NCBI GenBank assembly: GCA_963759175.1
Contig: CAVWXP010000019.1
Location: forward strand, 49,749-113,748
From: an uncultured Acidimicrobiia bacterium
Lineage (GTDB): Bacteria > Actinomycetota > Acidimicrobiia > Spongiisociales > UBA5794
Direction of reading: 5' to 3'
Length of the DNA stretch: 64,000 nt
Shown piece by piece: positions 19,525 through 34,015 of this stretch. Both the position numbers and the translations under genes were made by a program. Each line of letters opens with the position of its first letter. The stretch's first letter is position 1. Under the pieces are notes generated by a model that worked only from the letters and a program-made list of their open reading frames with translations, had not been told where the DNA came from and ran no database searches.

Positions 19525-20369
19525 ATGGCAAGGATCGTCGCATTCGTACACGACATGTGGGACGTCGGAGCGGACCGCATACGGCGTGCCGACCCCCTGC
19601 TCATGGGCGCCGCGATCGCATACAACAGCCTGTTCGCCCTGGTCCCCCTCGCCACGGCCTTCGTCGCCATGTTGTCCTTCTTCGATCGGTCGGACTCGGC
19701 ACTGACCACGGTCTACGAGACGATCGCCGAGACGTTCCCGCCGGACCTCGCCGTCTTCCTCACGGACCTCCTCCAGGAGTCGGCTCGGTGGATCGGGGAT
19801 GCCGCGAGGTCCGATCCTCGCCATATCGATCCTCGTGGCCCTCTGGTCGGGATCCCGTGCGGTGTATGCGATCCAGAAGGCCCTGCGGGCCGTCGAGGGA
19901 CACGAAGAGAACCGTGGGTACCTCGTTTCGCGGCTTCTCGGCATCGGGGTAACGATCGCCGCGGGCATCGGCGTGATGATCGCCTACCTCTTCGCGCTGG
20001 TGGGTGGTCGCATCTGGACCGCGATCTCGGATCAGGTCGGAATCGTCGGTGGCAATGTCGCCCGCGGCATCGGGCTCGTCGCAGTCGTCGTGTGGGTCTG
20101 GCTGTTGTTGTGGGCCATCTACCGGTGGGGTCCACCGGAACCGATGCGCCGTTCGGGTCTCAACGCTGGCATCGTGGCAGTGGTCCTGGTGGTCGGCTCG
20201 AATCGCGGCATTCGCGCTCGCACCCACATTCGACTCGTCGACGCTTTCCTTCCTCGGAGCCATCGGCCTCTTCCTCATCTGGCTGTACTTCATCGGCATC
20301 GTCGTGGTCGCCGTCCCCACGATCCTCATGGCCTTGTCCGCGGCAGTGAGGAACCAACTCCACCGTTAG
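19525..20369 (+). pseudogene. YihY/BrkB family membrane protein, two frameshifts in this assembly
   Basis: GAAIAYNSLFALVP in one frame, ALWSGSRAV in a second, FLIWLYFIG in a third; shifts near 19803 and 20201. Confidence 0.8.
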
Positions 20370-20379
20370 GCTGGGGTGA

Positions 20380-22140
20380 ATGGGCCAGGACTCCGCCAGA
20401 CTCTCGGACATCCGGAGCGGCCTCGATCTTCTTTGGCGGGTGATACGCCACTACCGGCGCATCGCCGCGGTATCGATCCTCGGGGCCCTGGCGTGGATGG
20501 CGACGATCGTCGTCATCCCGTACCTCGTCGGAAGGGCGGTCGACCGGGCCGTTTCCGACGTCGACATGTCGATGATCTGGCCGATCCTCATCGGCCTCAT
20601 CGTCGCCGGAGCCATCCAGGCGCTCGGGATCGGGGTACGGAGATACTTCGGCTTCAAGCTCTCGTATCGCGCCGAGGCCGACATCCGGAACCGGCTCTTC
20701 ACCCACATCCAACGGATGGCGTTCTCATTCCATGATGTGACCTCGACGGGGGAGCTGATGGCGCGTGCCTCGTCGGACCTCAGCCAGGTACGACTCATCC
20801 TGGCGATGTTGCCCATCACGTTGGCGAACCTCGCGATGTTCGTGGTGGTGGCCGTCGTGCTCGTCCTCGTCGATCCCGTCCTCGGTGGTGTGGCGGCCCT
20901 CATGGTGCCCGCTCTCCTGTTCACGTCGGCCCGTTTCGCCAACCGCGTCGTCGGATACTCCTTCGACCTCCAGGAACGGCTGTCTGATCTGTCCCACGTC
21001 GTCGAGGAGTCGGTGACGGGCATCGAGGTGATCAAGAGCTACGGCCAGGAGGACCAGCAACAGGAGAAGCTGGACGATCGAGCGGAGATGATCTACGGCT
21101 CCGCAATGGACATGGCACGCGAGCGGGCCGTCCACCGTCCCCTCTTCGAGATCATCCCGTCACTCGGCACCGTTGCGGTGCTCGTCGTCGGAGGGATCCG
21201 CGTGGTGGACGGTGCCATCACCATCGGCGAGTTCGTCGCATTCACCCAGTACCTCGCCGTGATGGTCATGCCGCTCATGATCACGGGATGGTTCTTCGCC
21301 AACCTGCCGCGTTCGGCGGCTGCGGCGACACGGATCGACGAGCTCATCGAGACCGATCCGGACATCGCCGAACCGAAGCGTCCCATCGACCTCAAACCTG
21401 GCTCGGGTGAGCTCCGATTCGACGGTGTGTCGTTCGAGTACCCGGGCAGCCCCGAGGTCCTCCACGACATCACGATGACGATTCCCGGTGGAACGAGCGT
21501 CGGACTCGTGGGCGCAACCGGGGCGGGAAAGACGACGCTCGCCCATCTCATCCCCCGGTTCTACGACGTGACGGGAGGCTCGGTCACGATCGACGGCGTC
21601 GACGTGCGGGAGGTGGGGCTCGAGCAGCTGCGCAGCGAGGTCGCCGTGGTCTTCCAGGAGACGTTCCTCTTCTCTGCCTCCATCGAGGACAACCTGCGGG
21701 TCGGCGATCCGACGGCATCCGATGAGCGGTTGCGGTCGGCCGCACGGCTCGCGAGGGCCCACGAGTTCATCTGCGAGATGCCGGACGGATACCGCACCGT
21801 CGTCGGGGAGCGCGGAGCAACCCTCTCGGGTGGCCAGCGACAGCGCGTCGGACTCGCCCGTGGTGTCGTGCGCGACCCCAGGGTCCTCATCCTCGATGAT
21901 GCGACATCGTCGGTGGATGCCGTCGTCGAAGCGGAGATCCAGGAGGCCCTTCGCCAGGTGATGGCTGGCCGGACCACGGTGATCGTCGCACACCGGACAT
22001 CGACCCTCGCCCTCGTCGACAACGTCGCGTTCATCGAGGATGGCCGGATCGTCGCCTTCGGACCCCACGCCGAGCTGCTGCGAGATGTACCTCGTTACTC
22101 GGAGGTCCTCGCAGCCGGTGATGCCACGGTGAGCACATGA
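20380..22140 (+). CDS. ABC exporter ATP-binding/permease subunit 1
   Basis: TMD plus NBD: [23 protein letters not shown]. Confidence 0.95.
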   Translation: MGQDSARLSDIRSGLDLLWRVIRHYRRIAAVSILGALAWMATIVVIPYLVGRAVDRAVSDVDMSMIWPILIGLIVAGAIQALGIGVRRYFGFKLSYRAEADIRNRLFTHIQRMAFSFHDVTSTGELMARASSDLSQVRLILAMLPITLANLAMFVVVAVVLVLVDPVLGGVAALMVPALLFTSARFANRVVGYSFDLQERLSDLSHVVEESVTGIEVIKSYGQEDQQQEKLDDRAEMIYGSAMDMARERAVHRPLFEIIPSLGTVAVLVVGGIRVVDGAITIGEFVAFTQYLAVMVMPLMITGWFFANLPRSAAAATRIDELIETDPDIAEPKRPIDLKPGSGELRFDGVSFEYPGSPEVLHDITMTIPGGTSVGLVGATGAGKTTLAHLIPRFYDVTGGSVTIDGVDVREVGLEQLRSEVAVVFQETFLFSASIEDNLRVGDPTASDERLRSAARLARAHEFICEMPDGYRTVVGERGATLSGGQRQRVGLARGVVRDPRVLILDDATSSVDAVVEAEIQEALRQVMAGRTTVIVAHRTSTLALVDNVAFIEDGRIVAFGPHAELLRDVPRYSEVLAAGDATVST

Positions 22141-23912
22141 AGTACATGGCGTCGGCGGGGGAGTATCGCGTTGAACGGCCGGGCAGGGTCGTCGCCCGTG
22201 CCGCACGACTCTCCGACGGTCTCGGTTGGGCACTCTTCGGCGCCCTCGTCGCCACGGTCGTCGCCACGGTCGTACGACTGCTCGGGCCACTCGTCGTGCG
22301 CGGAGGCATCGATGACGGCATCGCCAAGGGCGACACCGATGTCATCCTCGTCGCCGGGGCGATCTATGTCGGTCTCCTCGTTGTCCAGTACGGCATCACG
22401 CTCATCTCCCAGTGGAGCGTCGCCTACGTCGGGGAGCGGTACCTCATGCAACTGCGTTCCGTCGTGTTCGGGCGGATGCTGCGTCTCGATCTCGGGTTCT
22501 TCTCGCGGTCCAAGAGTGGGGTCCTGGTGTCACGCATGACGGCGGACATCGAGTCACTCCAGGAGTTCGCATCCGATGGTGCCGTGATGGCCCTGAGCAA
22601 CCTCATGACGGTGATCGGCGTCTCGATCGCCCTCTTCCTCGTCGATTGGCAGATGGCGGCCGCCGTCTTCGCCATCGTGGCGGTCCTCCTGCTCGTCACC
22701 CGTGTGTTCCAGCGTCAGGCGCGCAGGGCCTACGACATGGTGCGTGAGCGGATCGGGCAGGTCCTCGGCACCCTCCAGGAGGGCATCACCGGGGTCCGGG
22801 TCGTCCAGGCGTTCACCCAGGAGTCGGTGCAGGCAACGTCGTTCGGGCGGGTCAACGAGAAGCACTTCGACGCCAACATGGCAGCAGCGAGGGCGATCTC
22901 GTGGTACTTCCCTGTGGTGGCCTTCCTGCGGGTCGCCAGCATCGCCGCCGTGCTCGCGATCGGCGCCACACGAGTCATCGACGGATCGATGACCGTGGGC
23001 ACGCTCGTGGCGTTCCTGTTGTACCTCGATTGGTTCTATCAGCCGATCATCAACCTGTCGAACGTCTACAACCTGCTCCAATCCGCCCTCGCCGCACTCG
23101 GGAAGCTGTTCGGCCTCATGGATGAGAAGGTCGTCATCGCGGACCGACCCGGCGCCTTCGACCTCCCCGAGCCCGTGGTCGGCACCGTTGCCTACGAAGG
23201 CGTGTCGTTCGGGTATGTCGAGGGCGTACAGGTCCTCGAGGACATCGACCTCGGCGTGGAGGCGGGTGAGCGGTTGGCGATCGTGGGTGAGACCGGCTCC
23301 GGCAAGTCGACCCTCGCCAAGTTGGCCATGCGGTTCTACGACCCGACCGAGGGCGCGGTGCGTATCGATGATGTCGACCTGAAGGACGCGACGGAGACGT
23401 CGCGCGTCGGCGCCCTTGCCCTCATCCCCCAGGACGGCTTTCTCTTCTCAGGCTCGTTGCGGGACAACCTCAAGTACGCACGTCCCGACGCAGCCGATGA
23501 CGAGGTGTGGACCGTCCTCGATGCGATGGGGATCGCCGATTGGGTGCGAAGCCTTCCGGACCAGCTCGACACGGAGGTCCGCGAACGCGGCGGACGGTTC
23601 TCGGCAGGCGAGCGCCAGCTCGTCGCCCTGGCGCGCGCCTTCCTCGCCGACCCGGCCATCATCGTGCTCGACGAGGCGACCTCGAACCTCGATCCCGAGA
23701 CTGAGGTCAACGTCGAGAAGGCGCTGAGCGTCCTCCTCACCGGCCGGACATCGATCGTGATCGCCCATCGCCTCCGAAGCGCCGAGCGCGCCGATCGGGT
23801 GGTCGTCGTCGATGACGGAAGGATCGTCGCCACCGGCACCCACGACGAGCTCGTGCACTCGGCGCCCCAGTACCAGGAACTGGTGGAGGTCTGGCAGCGC
23901 GGCCTCGCCTGA
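22137..23912 (+). CDS. ABC exporter ATP-binding/permease subunit 2
   Basis: TMD plus NBD: GETGSGKS, FSAGERQ, VLDEATS; ATGA coupling to subunit 1. Confidence 0.95.
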   Translation: MKYMASAGEYRVERPGRVVARAARLSDGLGWALFGALVATVVATVVRLLGPLVVRGGIDDGIAKGDTDVILVAGAIYVGLLVVQYGITLISQWSVAYVGERYLMQLRSVVFGRMLRLDLGFFSRSKSGVLVSRMTADIESLQEFASDGAVMALSNLMTVIGVSIALFLVDWQMAAAVFAIVAVLLLVTRVFQRQARRAYDMVRERIGQVLGTLQEGITGVRVVQAFTQESVQATSFGRVNEKHFDANMAAARAISWYFPVVAFLRVASIAAVLAIGATRVIDGSMTVGTLVAFLLYLDWFYQPIINLSNVYNLLQSALAALGKLFGLMDEKVVIADRPGAFDLPEPVVGTVAYEGVSFGYVEGVQVLEDIDLGVEAGERLAIVGETGSGKSTLAKLAMRFYDPTEGAVRIDDVDLKDATETSRVGALALIPQDGFLFSGSLRDNLKYARPDAADDEVWTVLDAMGIADWVRSLPDQLDTEVRERGGRFSAGERQLVALARAFLADPAIIVLDEATSNLDPETEVNVEKALSVLLTGRTSIVIAHRLRSAERADRVVVVDDGRIVATGTHDELVHSAPQYQELVEVWQRGLA

Positions 23913-23945
23913 CCCGGTCGCCGGTGATCGGTCTACGCTGGCGTG

Positions 23946-24629
23946 ATGGCGCCCGAACCCGAACCCCGACCCTCCGCCCGAACACAGGTCCGCAGGCTCG
24001 CCGAGAGGGGTCGCTACGACCGGTCCACGATCGACCGGATCCTCGATGACGCGATGATCTGCCATCTCGGCTTCACCACCGCCGAAGGACCCGTCGTCAT
24101 CCCGACCATCCACGCACGGGTCGAAGCGACGCTGTACCTCCACGGATCCCATGCGAGTCGGATGATGCGATCGATCGTCGACCAGCCCGTCAGCGTGTCG
24201 GCGACGATCGTCGATGGCATCGTTGCCGCCCGTTCCCTGTTCCACCACTCCCTCAACTACCGGTCCGTGGTGGTGTTCGGGTGCCCCAGGGTCGTCGACG
24301 ACCCGGAGGAGCGCATCAGGGCGTTCGCCGCCATCACCGAGCACATGCTCCCCGGCCGCTGGGACGAGGCACGGCAGCCCTCGCCGAAGGAGGATGCCGG
24401 GACGAAGCTCCTGGCGATCGACATCGACGAAGCGTCGGCGAAGGTTCGCACGGGTCCCCCCGGCGACGACGAGGGCGATCTCGGCTCCGGCATCTGGGCA
24501 GGCGTGATCCCGTTGCGCACCGTGGCGGGACCGCCGGAACCCGCCCCCGACCTCGAGGACGGTGTGGAGATCCCCGCATCCGTGCGCAGCTACGTCGAAA
24601 AGGGGGAAGGGGGCATGGCCCCCCGTTGA
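23946..24629 (+). CDS. Pyridoxamine 5'-phosphate oxidase family (NimA-like flavin-binding) protein
   Basis: RGRYD..ILD..ICHLGF, LYLHGS..SRM, DGIVAARS.FHHSLNYRSVVVFG, WAGVIPL. Confidence 0.9.
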   Translation: MAPEPEPRPSARTQVRRLAERGRYDRSTIDRILDDAMICHLGFTTAEGPVVIPTIHARVEATLYLHGSHASRMMRSIVDQPVSVSATIVDGIVAARSLFHHSLNYRSVVVFGCPRVVDDPEERIRAFAAITEHMLPGRWDEARQPSPKEDAGTKLLAIDIDEASAKVRTGPPGDDEGDLGSGIWAGVIPLRTVAGPPEPAPDLEDGVEIPASVRSYVEKGEGGMAPR

Positions 24630-24634
24630 AGGTG

Positions 24635-24856
24635 GTCCCCCTTTCAGGGGGACGGGCGAACGAAGAGAGCCAGGGGGATCGTCGGTCGTGTTCTGGGTGG
24701 GTCCTCGGAGGTCTGTCGATCCCCCTGCATCGTCGCTGCGCTCCGCTGCCGTCCCCCTTGAAAGGGGGACTGACGGTGAGGTTCGGGTCTTCGAGTGTCT
24801 GTCGATCCCCCTGCATCGTCGCTGCGCTCCGCTGCCGTCCCCCTTGAAAGGGGGAC
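24635..24856. repeat. REP/BIME-like palindromic repeat cluster
   Basis: Two identical 60-bp copies (24711-24770, 24797-24856) ending in GTCCCCCTTGAAAGGGGGAC, plus a degenerate inverted copy at 24635-24681. Confidence 0.88.
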
Positions 24857-24887
24857 CGAGGAGTTCGTCTAGCGGACGTACCCGCTC

Positions 24888-25682
24888 CTAGCGGGCGTTG
24901 ACATCGTCACGCCACGCCAGCCAATCCTCGACCACCGACATGTCGTAGTCCGGTCCGTTCAAGCCGAGGGTGATCTCATCGGCACCCGCCGCGAGCCACC
25001 CCTCCGCCTTGTCGAGGTGTGCCGGGTTGACGCCGATCGACCGCTCGATCTCGCCGGGGTCCCTGCCCACCTTGGCGCACCAATCGTCGAGCACGGCGTT
25101 CTTGTGGGTGAAGGTCTCGGCGTCACCGAAACCGTGCCAGATGTCGGCATGCTCTGCCACGATCCGCAGGGTCACCTTCTCTCCGCCTCCCCCGATGAGT
25201 ATCGGAAGGTCGCCGGTCGGCTGGGGGTCGAGCGCAGCGAGCCGGCCCCTGATGAGGGGCATGGCGGCGTCGAGCGCCTTGAGACGTCCGACCGCCGTAC
25301 CGAACTCGTATCCGTACTCGTCGTAGTCCTTCTCGAACCAGCCGGATCCGATGCCGAGGATCAACCGACCACCCGAGATCACGTCGACGGTTCGCGCCAT
25401 GTCGGCGAGGAGCTGGGGGTTCCGGTACGAGTTGCAGGTGACGAGGGCCCCGAAGCGGATCTTCTCGGTTGCCTCGGCCCAGGCTCCGAGCATGGTCCAG
25501 CATTCGAAATGCTTGCCGGTGGTGGCATCGGCGCCATAGGCCTCACCGCCGTAGAGCGGATAGAAGTGGTCCCAGTTGTAGAGGACGTCGACGCCGAGAT
25601 CCTCGGCTCGCGCCGCGGCGCTGCGGATGTCCGAGTAGTCAGCGTGTTGTGGGTGGAGCTGGACGGCGATGCGAACGGACAT
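24888..25682 (-). CDS. LLM class F420-dependent oxidoreductase
   Basis: WDHFYPL, HFECWTML, LVTCNSYRNP, GIGSGW, IGGGGEK. Confidence 0.9.
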   Translation of the reverse strand: MSVRIAVQLHPQHADYSDIRSAAARAEDLGVDVLYNWDHFYPLYGGEAYGADATTGKHFECWTMLGAWAEATEKIRFGALVTCNSYRNPQLLADMARTVDVISGGRLILGIGSGWFEKDYDEYGYEFGTAVGRLKALDAAMPLIRGRLAALDPQPTGDLPILIGGGGEKVTLRIVAEHADIWHGFGDAETFTHKNAVLDDWCAKVGRDPGEIERSIGVNPAHLDKAEGWLAAGADEITLGLNGPDYDMSVVEDWLAWRDDVNAR

Positions 25683-25789
25683 GGTGGGCCTCCCGAGGTC
25701 GATGTCGCCATGCGACGATACATCTGGGTGGGATCGTCGATGACGGAACGGGCGCCGGGTCGGTGCGGTGTTGCGCGTAGCATGGCGCC

Positions 25790-27024
25790 ATGGCAGATCC
25801 CACCATTCGACCCGTGACCGACGACGAGTATCCGGCCTTCGTGACGGCCTTCATCGAGGGCTTCGCCGACGACGTCCCCTCCGAGACGTTCGCCGAGCAG
25901 ATGCGGACCACCCTCCCACCGGAACGCACCCTGGCGGCCTTCGACGGCGATGTGATCGTCGGGACCTTCGGGGGGTATGCCCTCGACGTGACGGTGCCGG
26001 GCGGGGCGACGGTGCCGATGGAGGGGACGACGGTCGTCACGGTGTTCCCCACGCACCGACGCATGGGTCTGCTCCGGTCGATGATGGCCTCCCACCTCGC
26101 CAACGCCACCGGGGCCGGTTACGCGATCGCGGGCCTGTGGGCCTCGGAGTCGGACATCTACGGCCGATTCGGGTACGGCACAGCCACCCGTTACCAGTCG
26201 TACGAGCTCAAGACGTCCGGCGTCGCGTTCAGGCCCGAGGTGGCGATCGACCGTGTCCGACGGATCGCCGCGGACGAGGCCCACGGCATCCTCTCGGGGG
26301 TGTTCGACGCGGTGATGTCCACACGACCGGGGATGTTCGCGCGATCCCGGGGCTGGTGGGACCACGAGGTCCTGGCCGACGAGGAGTGGATGCGCCGCGG
26401 ACGATCGACGAAGCGCTACGTGGTCCATGACGGACCCGGTGGGCCGGACGGCTATGCCATCTATCGGACGAAGTCGTCCGAGTCCGACGACAACCATGCG
26501 GATGGGAAGGTCGATGTCATCGAGCTCGTGGCAGCCACGCCCCGAGCCCACGCCTCCTTGTGGTCGTACATCACCCAGGTCGACATGTGCCCGAACATCC
26601 GGTCCTGGAACGTTCCGCTCGACGATCCGCTCCCCGCCAAGGTGCGTGAATCGCGACGGATTCGCACGACAGCGGTCTCCGATGGCCTCTGGATCAGGAT
26701 CCTCGATGTGCCGTCCGCCCTCGGGGCACGACACTACGAGACGGACGGATCCATCGTCATGGAGGTCTCGGATCCCTTCCTACCGGCGGCGGGAGGCAGG
26801 TATCGCCTCGATGTGGACCGGGGGCCACTCCACCGTGGGGATCACCGAATGCACCACCGGACGTGTCGTGCGACATCGATGTACTCGGGGGCCTCTACCT
26901 CGGCGGAGGCGATGCGTTCGCCCTCGCGGATGCGGGCCGCATCGTAGGTGATGCCGAGGCGGTGACCCGCCTCCACCGGATGTTCCGCACCGACACGATG
27001 CCTTGGTGCAACCAGGTGTTCTAG
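25790..27024 (+). CDS. Eis-family GNAT acetyltransferase (C-terminus frameshifted in this assembly)
   Basis: VTVFPTHRRMG, LWASE..IYGRFGYG; removing one base near 26819 and one near 26848 restores CDIDVLGGLYLGG...MFRTDTMPWCNQVF-stop at 27024. Confidence 0.85.
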
Positions 27025-27120
27025 GAACTGCGACGTCGGGACGACGCCGGGGTGGTTCCGATCGATTTAGCCATCGACGCGGGAGGTGATATGTTTCGCC
27101 GTTCCTCCACCGGGCATGCC

Positions 27121-31530
<4,410 letters not shown>

Positions 31531-31559
31531 TCGGCGTCACTCGCTCGATGGCGCTGGCC

Positions 31560-31586
31560 GGAACCTTCGGCCGTTTCCTGTCGTTG
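31560..31586 (+). promoter_or_regulatory. SigR/SigH/SigE-type ECF promoter
   Basis: GGAAC-N18-GTTG. Confidence 0.55.
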
Positions 31587-31593
31587 TAGATGG

Positions 31594-31665
31594 GAGCGGC
31601 GATTCGCCCGGGTGGCACGGTCTTCCCCCACTCCCACTCGCAGCCACCCGGGCGGGTCGCACTCG
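31594..31665 (+). ncRNA. Candidate small RNA or leader hairpin with C-rich loop
   Basis: 18-bp stem 31599-31616/31643-31660 with two U-G pairs on the + strand; loop contains CUUCCCCCACUCCCACUC. Confidence 0.4.
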
Positions 31666-31726
31666 TAGCGCCTTGCCCTCGTGCTGGCTCCTGGGAACCA
31701 TCGTTCACGACATGGTTCCGGCGCGG

Positions 31727-31756
31727 TATGATTCCCACTAGCGTCGTAGTGCAAAT
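31727..31756 (+). promoter_or_regulatory. sufB -10 box with overlapping palindromic operator
   Basis: TATGAT at 31727 followed by ATTCCCACTA-N6-TAGTGCAAAT. Confidence 0.55.
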
Positions 31757-31771
31757 CCTGAGGAGCCCAAC

Positions 31772-33178
31772 GTGACCACTGTCGATATCGACCTCGGTGC
31801 CTACCAACTCGGCTGGCACGACAGCCAGGACGACTACATCTTCAAGCCCGAGAAGGGACTGACGGAGCAGCTCATCCGCGACATGTCGGAGATGAAGGGC
31901 GAACCCGAGTGGATGCTCGACTTCCGCCTGAGGTCGTACAAGCGATTCCTCGCGAAGCCGACACCGCAATGGGGTGGAGCGGGGATCCTCAACGACATCG
32001 ACTACGACGACATCTACTACTACATCAAGCCGACCGCGGGGCAGGAGAAGGATTGGGACATGGTTCCCGATTCCATCAAGGACACCTACGAGAAGCTCGG
32101 GATCCCCGAGGCCGAGCGCAAGTACCTCGCAGGGGTCACGGCGCAGTACGAGTCCGAGGTGGTCTACCACCGCAACCGTGAGGACCTCGAGCAGCTCGGT
32201 GTGTTGTTCTGCGACATGGACACGGCCGTGCGCGAGTATCCCGAGCTCGTCCAGGAGTACTTCGGCACGATCATTCCGCCGAACGACAACAAGTTCGCTG
32301 CGCTCAACTCGGCGGTGTGGTCCGGTGGCTCGTTCATCTACGTCCCGCCGGGTGTCCACGTGGACGAACCGCTCCAGGCCTACTTCCGCATCAACGCCGA
32401 GAGCATGGGTCAGTTCGAGCGGACGCTGATCATCGTGGACGAAGGCGCGTACTGCCATTACGTCGAGGGGTGTTCGGCCCCCGTCTACACGAACGACTCC
32501 CTCCACGCCGCCGTGGTCGAGGTCGTCGTGAAGGAGGGTGGTCGTTGCCGGTACACCACGATCCAGAACTGGTCGAACAACGTCCTCAACCTCGTGACGA
32601 AGCGCGCAGCCGCGTACAGGAACGCCACGATGGAGTGGATCGACGGCAATCTCGGGTCGGGTCTCACGATGAAGTACCCCGCCATCTGGCTGATGGAGGA
32701 GGGCGCCCACGGCGAGGTGCTGTCGATCGCCTTCGCCAACACGGGCCAGGTGCTCGACGCAGGAGCGAAGGCCGTGCACGTCGCCCCAAACACCACGTCG
32801 CTGATCACGTCGAAGTCGATCAGCAAGGGTGGGGGGCGTTCGGCCTACCGCGGATTGGTTCGGGTGGAAGAGGGTGCAGAGAATGCGAAGTCGTTCGTGA
32901 TGTGCGACGCACTCCTCCTCGATGAGGACTCACGGTCCGACACGTATCCGTACATGGAGATCGAGGAGTCCAACGTCGACATCGGTCACGAGGCGACCGT
33001 TTCGAAGGTGGGCGAGGACCAGCTGTTCTACCTCATGAGTCGCGGTCTCACCGAGGCCCAGGCGACGGCAATGGTCGTAGCCGGGTTCATCGAGCCGATC
33101 GTCAAGGAACTCCCCATGGAATACGCCGTCGAGCTCAATCGCCTCATCGAACTCCAGATGGAGGGCTCGATCGGCTGA
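31772..33178 (+). CDS. sufB: Fe-S cluster assembly protein SufB
   Basis: [63 protein letters not shown]. Confidence 0.98.
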   Translation: MTTVDIDLGAYQLGWHDSQDDYIFKPEKGLTEQLIRDMSEMKGEPEWMLDFRLRSYKRFLAKPTPQWGGAGILNDIDYDDIYYYIKPTAGQEKDWDMVPDSIKDTYEKLGIPEAERKYLAGVTAQYESEVVYHRNREDLEQLGVLFCDMDTAVREYPELVQEYFGTIIPPNDNKFAALNSAVWSGGSFIYVPPGVHVDEPLQAYFRINAESMGQFERTLIIVDEGAYCHYVEGCSAPVYTNDSLHAAVVEVVVKEGGRCRYTTIQNWSNNVLNLVTKRAAAYRNATMEWIDGNLGSGLTMKYPAIWLMEEGAHGEVLSIAFANTGQVLDAGAKAVHVAPNTTSLITSKSISKGGGRSAYRGLVRVEEGAENAKSFVMCDALLLDEDSRSDTYPYMEIEESNVDIGHEATVSKVGEDQLFYLMSRGLTEAQATAMVVAGFIEPIVKELPMEYAVELNRLIELQMEGSIG

Positions 33179-33307
33179 CCGCCCCGCCCTCCCCGAACCC
33201 AGGGTTCCAGTGACCGGATTCGAGCACTGGGGCCCACAGAACGGGGGACCGGGTGGTGCCACTGCGCTCGAACCCGGGGGCGGTCGGTGGTCGGTACCCT
33301 GCGCCGC

Positions 33308-33967
33308 ATGAGGATCAGGATCGCCGAGTGCACCGTGAGGTATGAGGGACGTCTCAACGCGTTCCTACCGTCGGCGACACGGCTCGTGATGGTCAAGGCC
33401 GATGGTTGCGTCGCCGTCCATGCCGACGGCGGCGCCTACAAGCCGCTCAACTGGATGAACGCACCCAACACGCTCACCGACGACGGCGATGTGTGGACCG
33501 TGCTCAACCCCAAGGGCGAGAGACTCATCATCGAGTTCGGCGACGTCCACTTCGAGACCGACCTGGCCTTGGGTGAGGACCCGGGACTGCAGAAGGACGG
33601 TGTCGAGCTCGAACTCCAGCGGTTGCTCGCGGAACGACCGGAGACCTTCGGTGAGGGGATGTCGCTGATCCGGCGGGAGTACCCCACACCCGTCGGGCCG
33701 GTGGATCTGTTGTGTCGCGACGGAGCCGGAGACACGGTTGCCATCGAGGTGAAGCGCCGCGGCGAGATCGATGGCGTCGAACAGCTGACCCGCTACCTCG
33801 AGTTCCTCAATCGGGATTCCCGACTGGCGCCGGTGCGCGGTGTGTTCGCAGCCCAGGTGGTCAAACCCCAGGCACGCGTCCTGGCCGAGGATCGGGGCAT
33901 CGCGTGGGTCGAGGTGGATTACGACGAACTGCGCGGCGCGGATTCCGACGTGATGCGCCTGTTCTGA
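33308..33967 (+). CDS. nucS: Mismatch endonuclease NucS/EndoMS
   Basis: [48 protein letters not shown]. Confidence 0.96.
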   Translation: MRIRIAECTVRYEGRLNAFLPSATRLVMVKADGCVAVHADGGAYKPLNWMNAPNTLTDDGDVWTVLNPKGERLIIEFGDVHFETDLALGEDPGLQKDGVELELQRLLAERPETFGEGMSLIRREYPTPVGPVDLLCRDGAGDTVAIEVKRRGEIDGVEQLTRYLEFLNRDSRLAPVRGVFAAQVVKPQARVLAEDRGIAWVEVDYDELRGADSDVMRLF

Positions 33968-34015
33968 CGGGTCACGGCGGTCCGGCTGGATCGATCGGCC
34001 GCATCGTCCGGTGCG

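Noticed and set aside
24711-24856. 60-bp repeat pair considered as a CRISPR array
   Set aside because: Only two copies, a repeat too long for CRISPR, an inverted third copy and no cas genes; REP-like instead
31772-33178. Possible intein in SufB, as in mycobacteria
   Set aside because: Normal length (468 aa) with no splice or LAGLIDADG motifs
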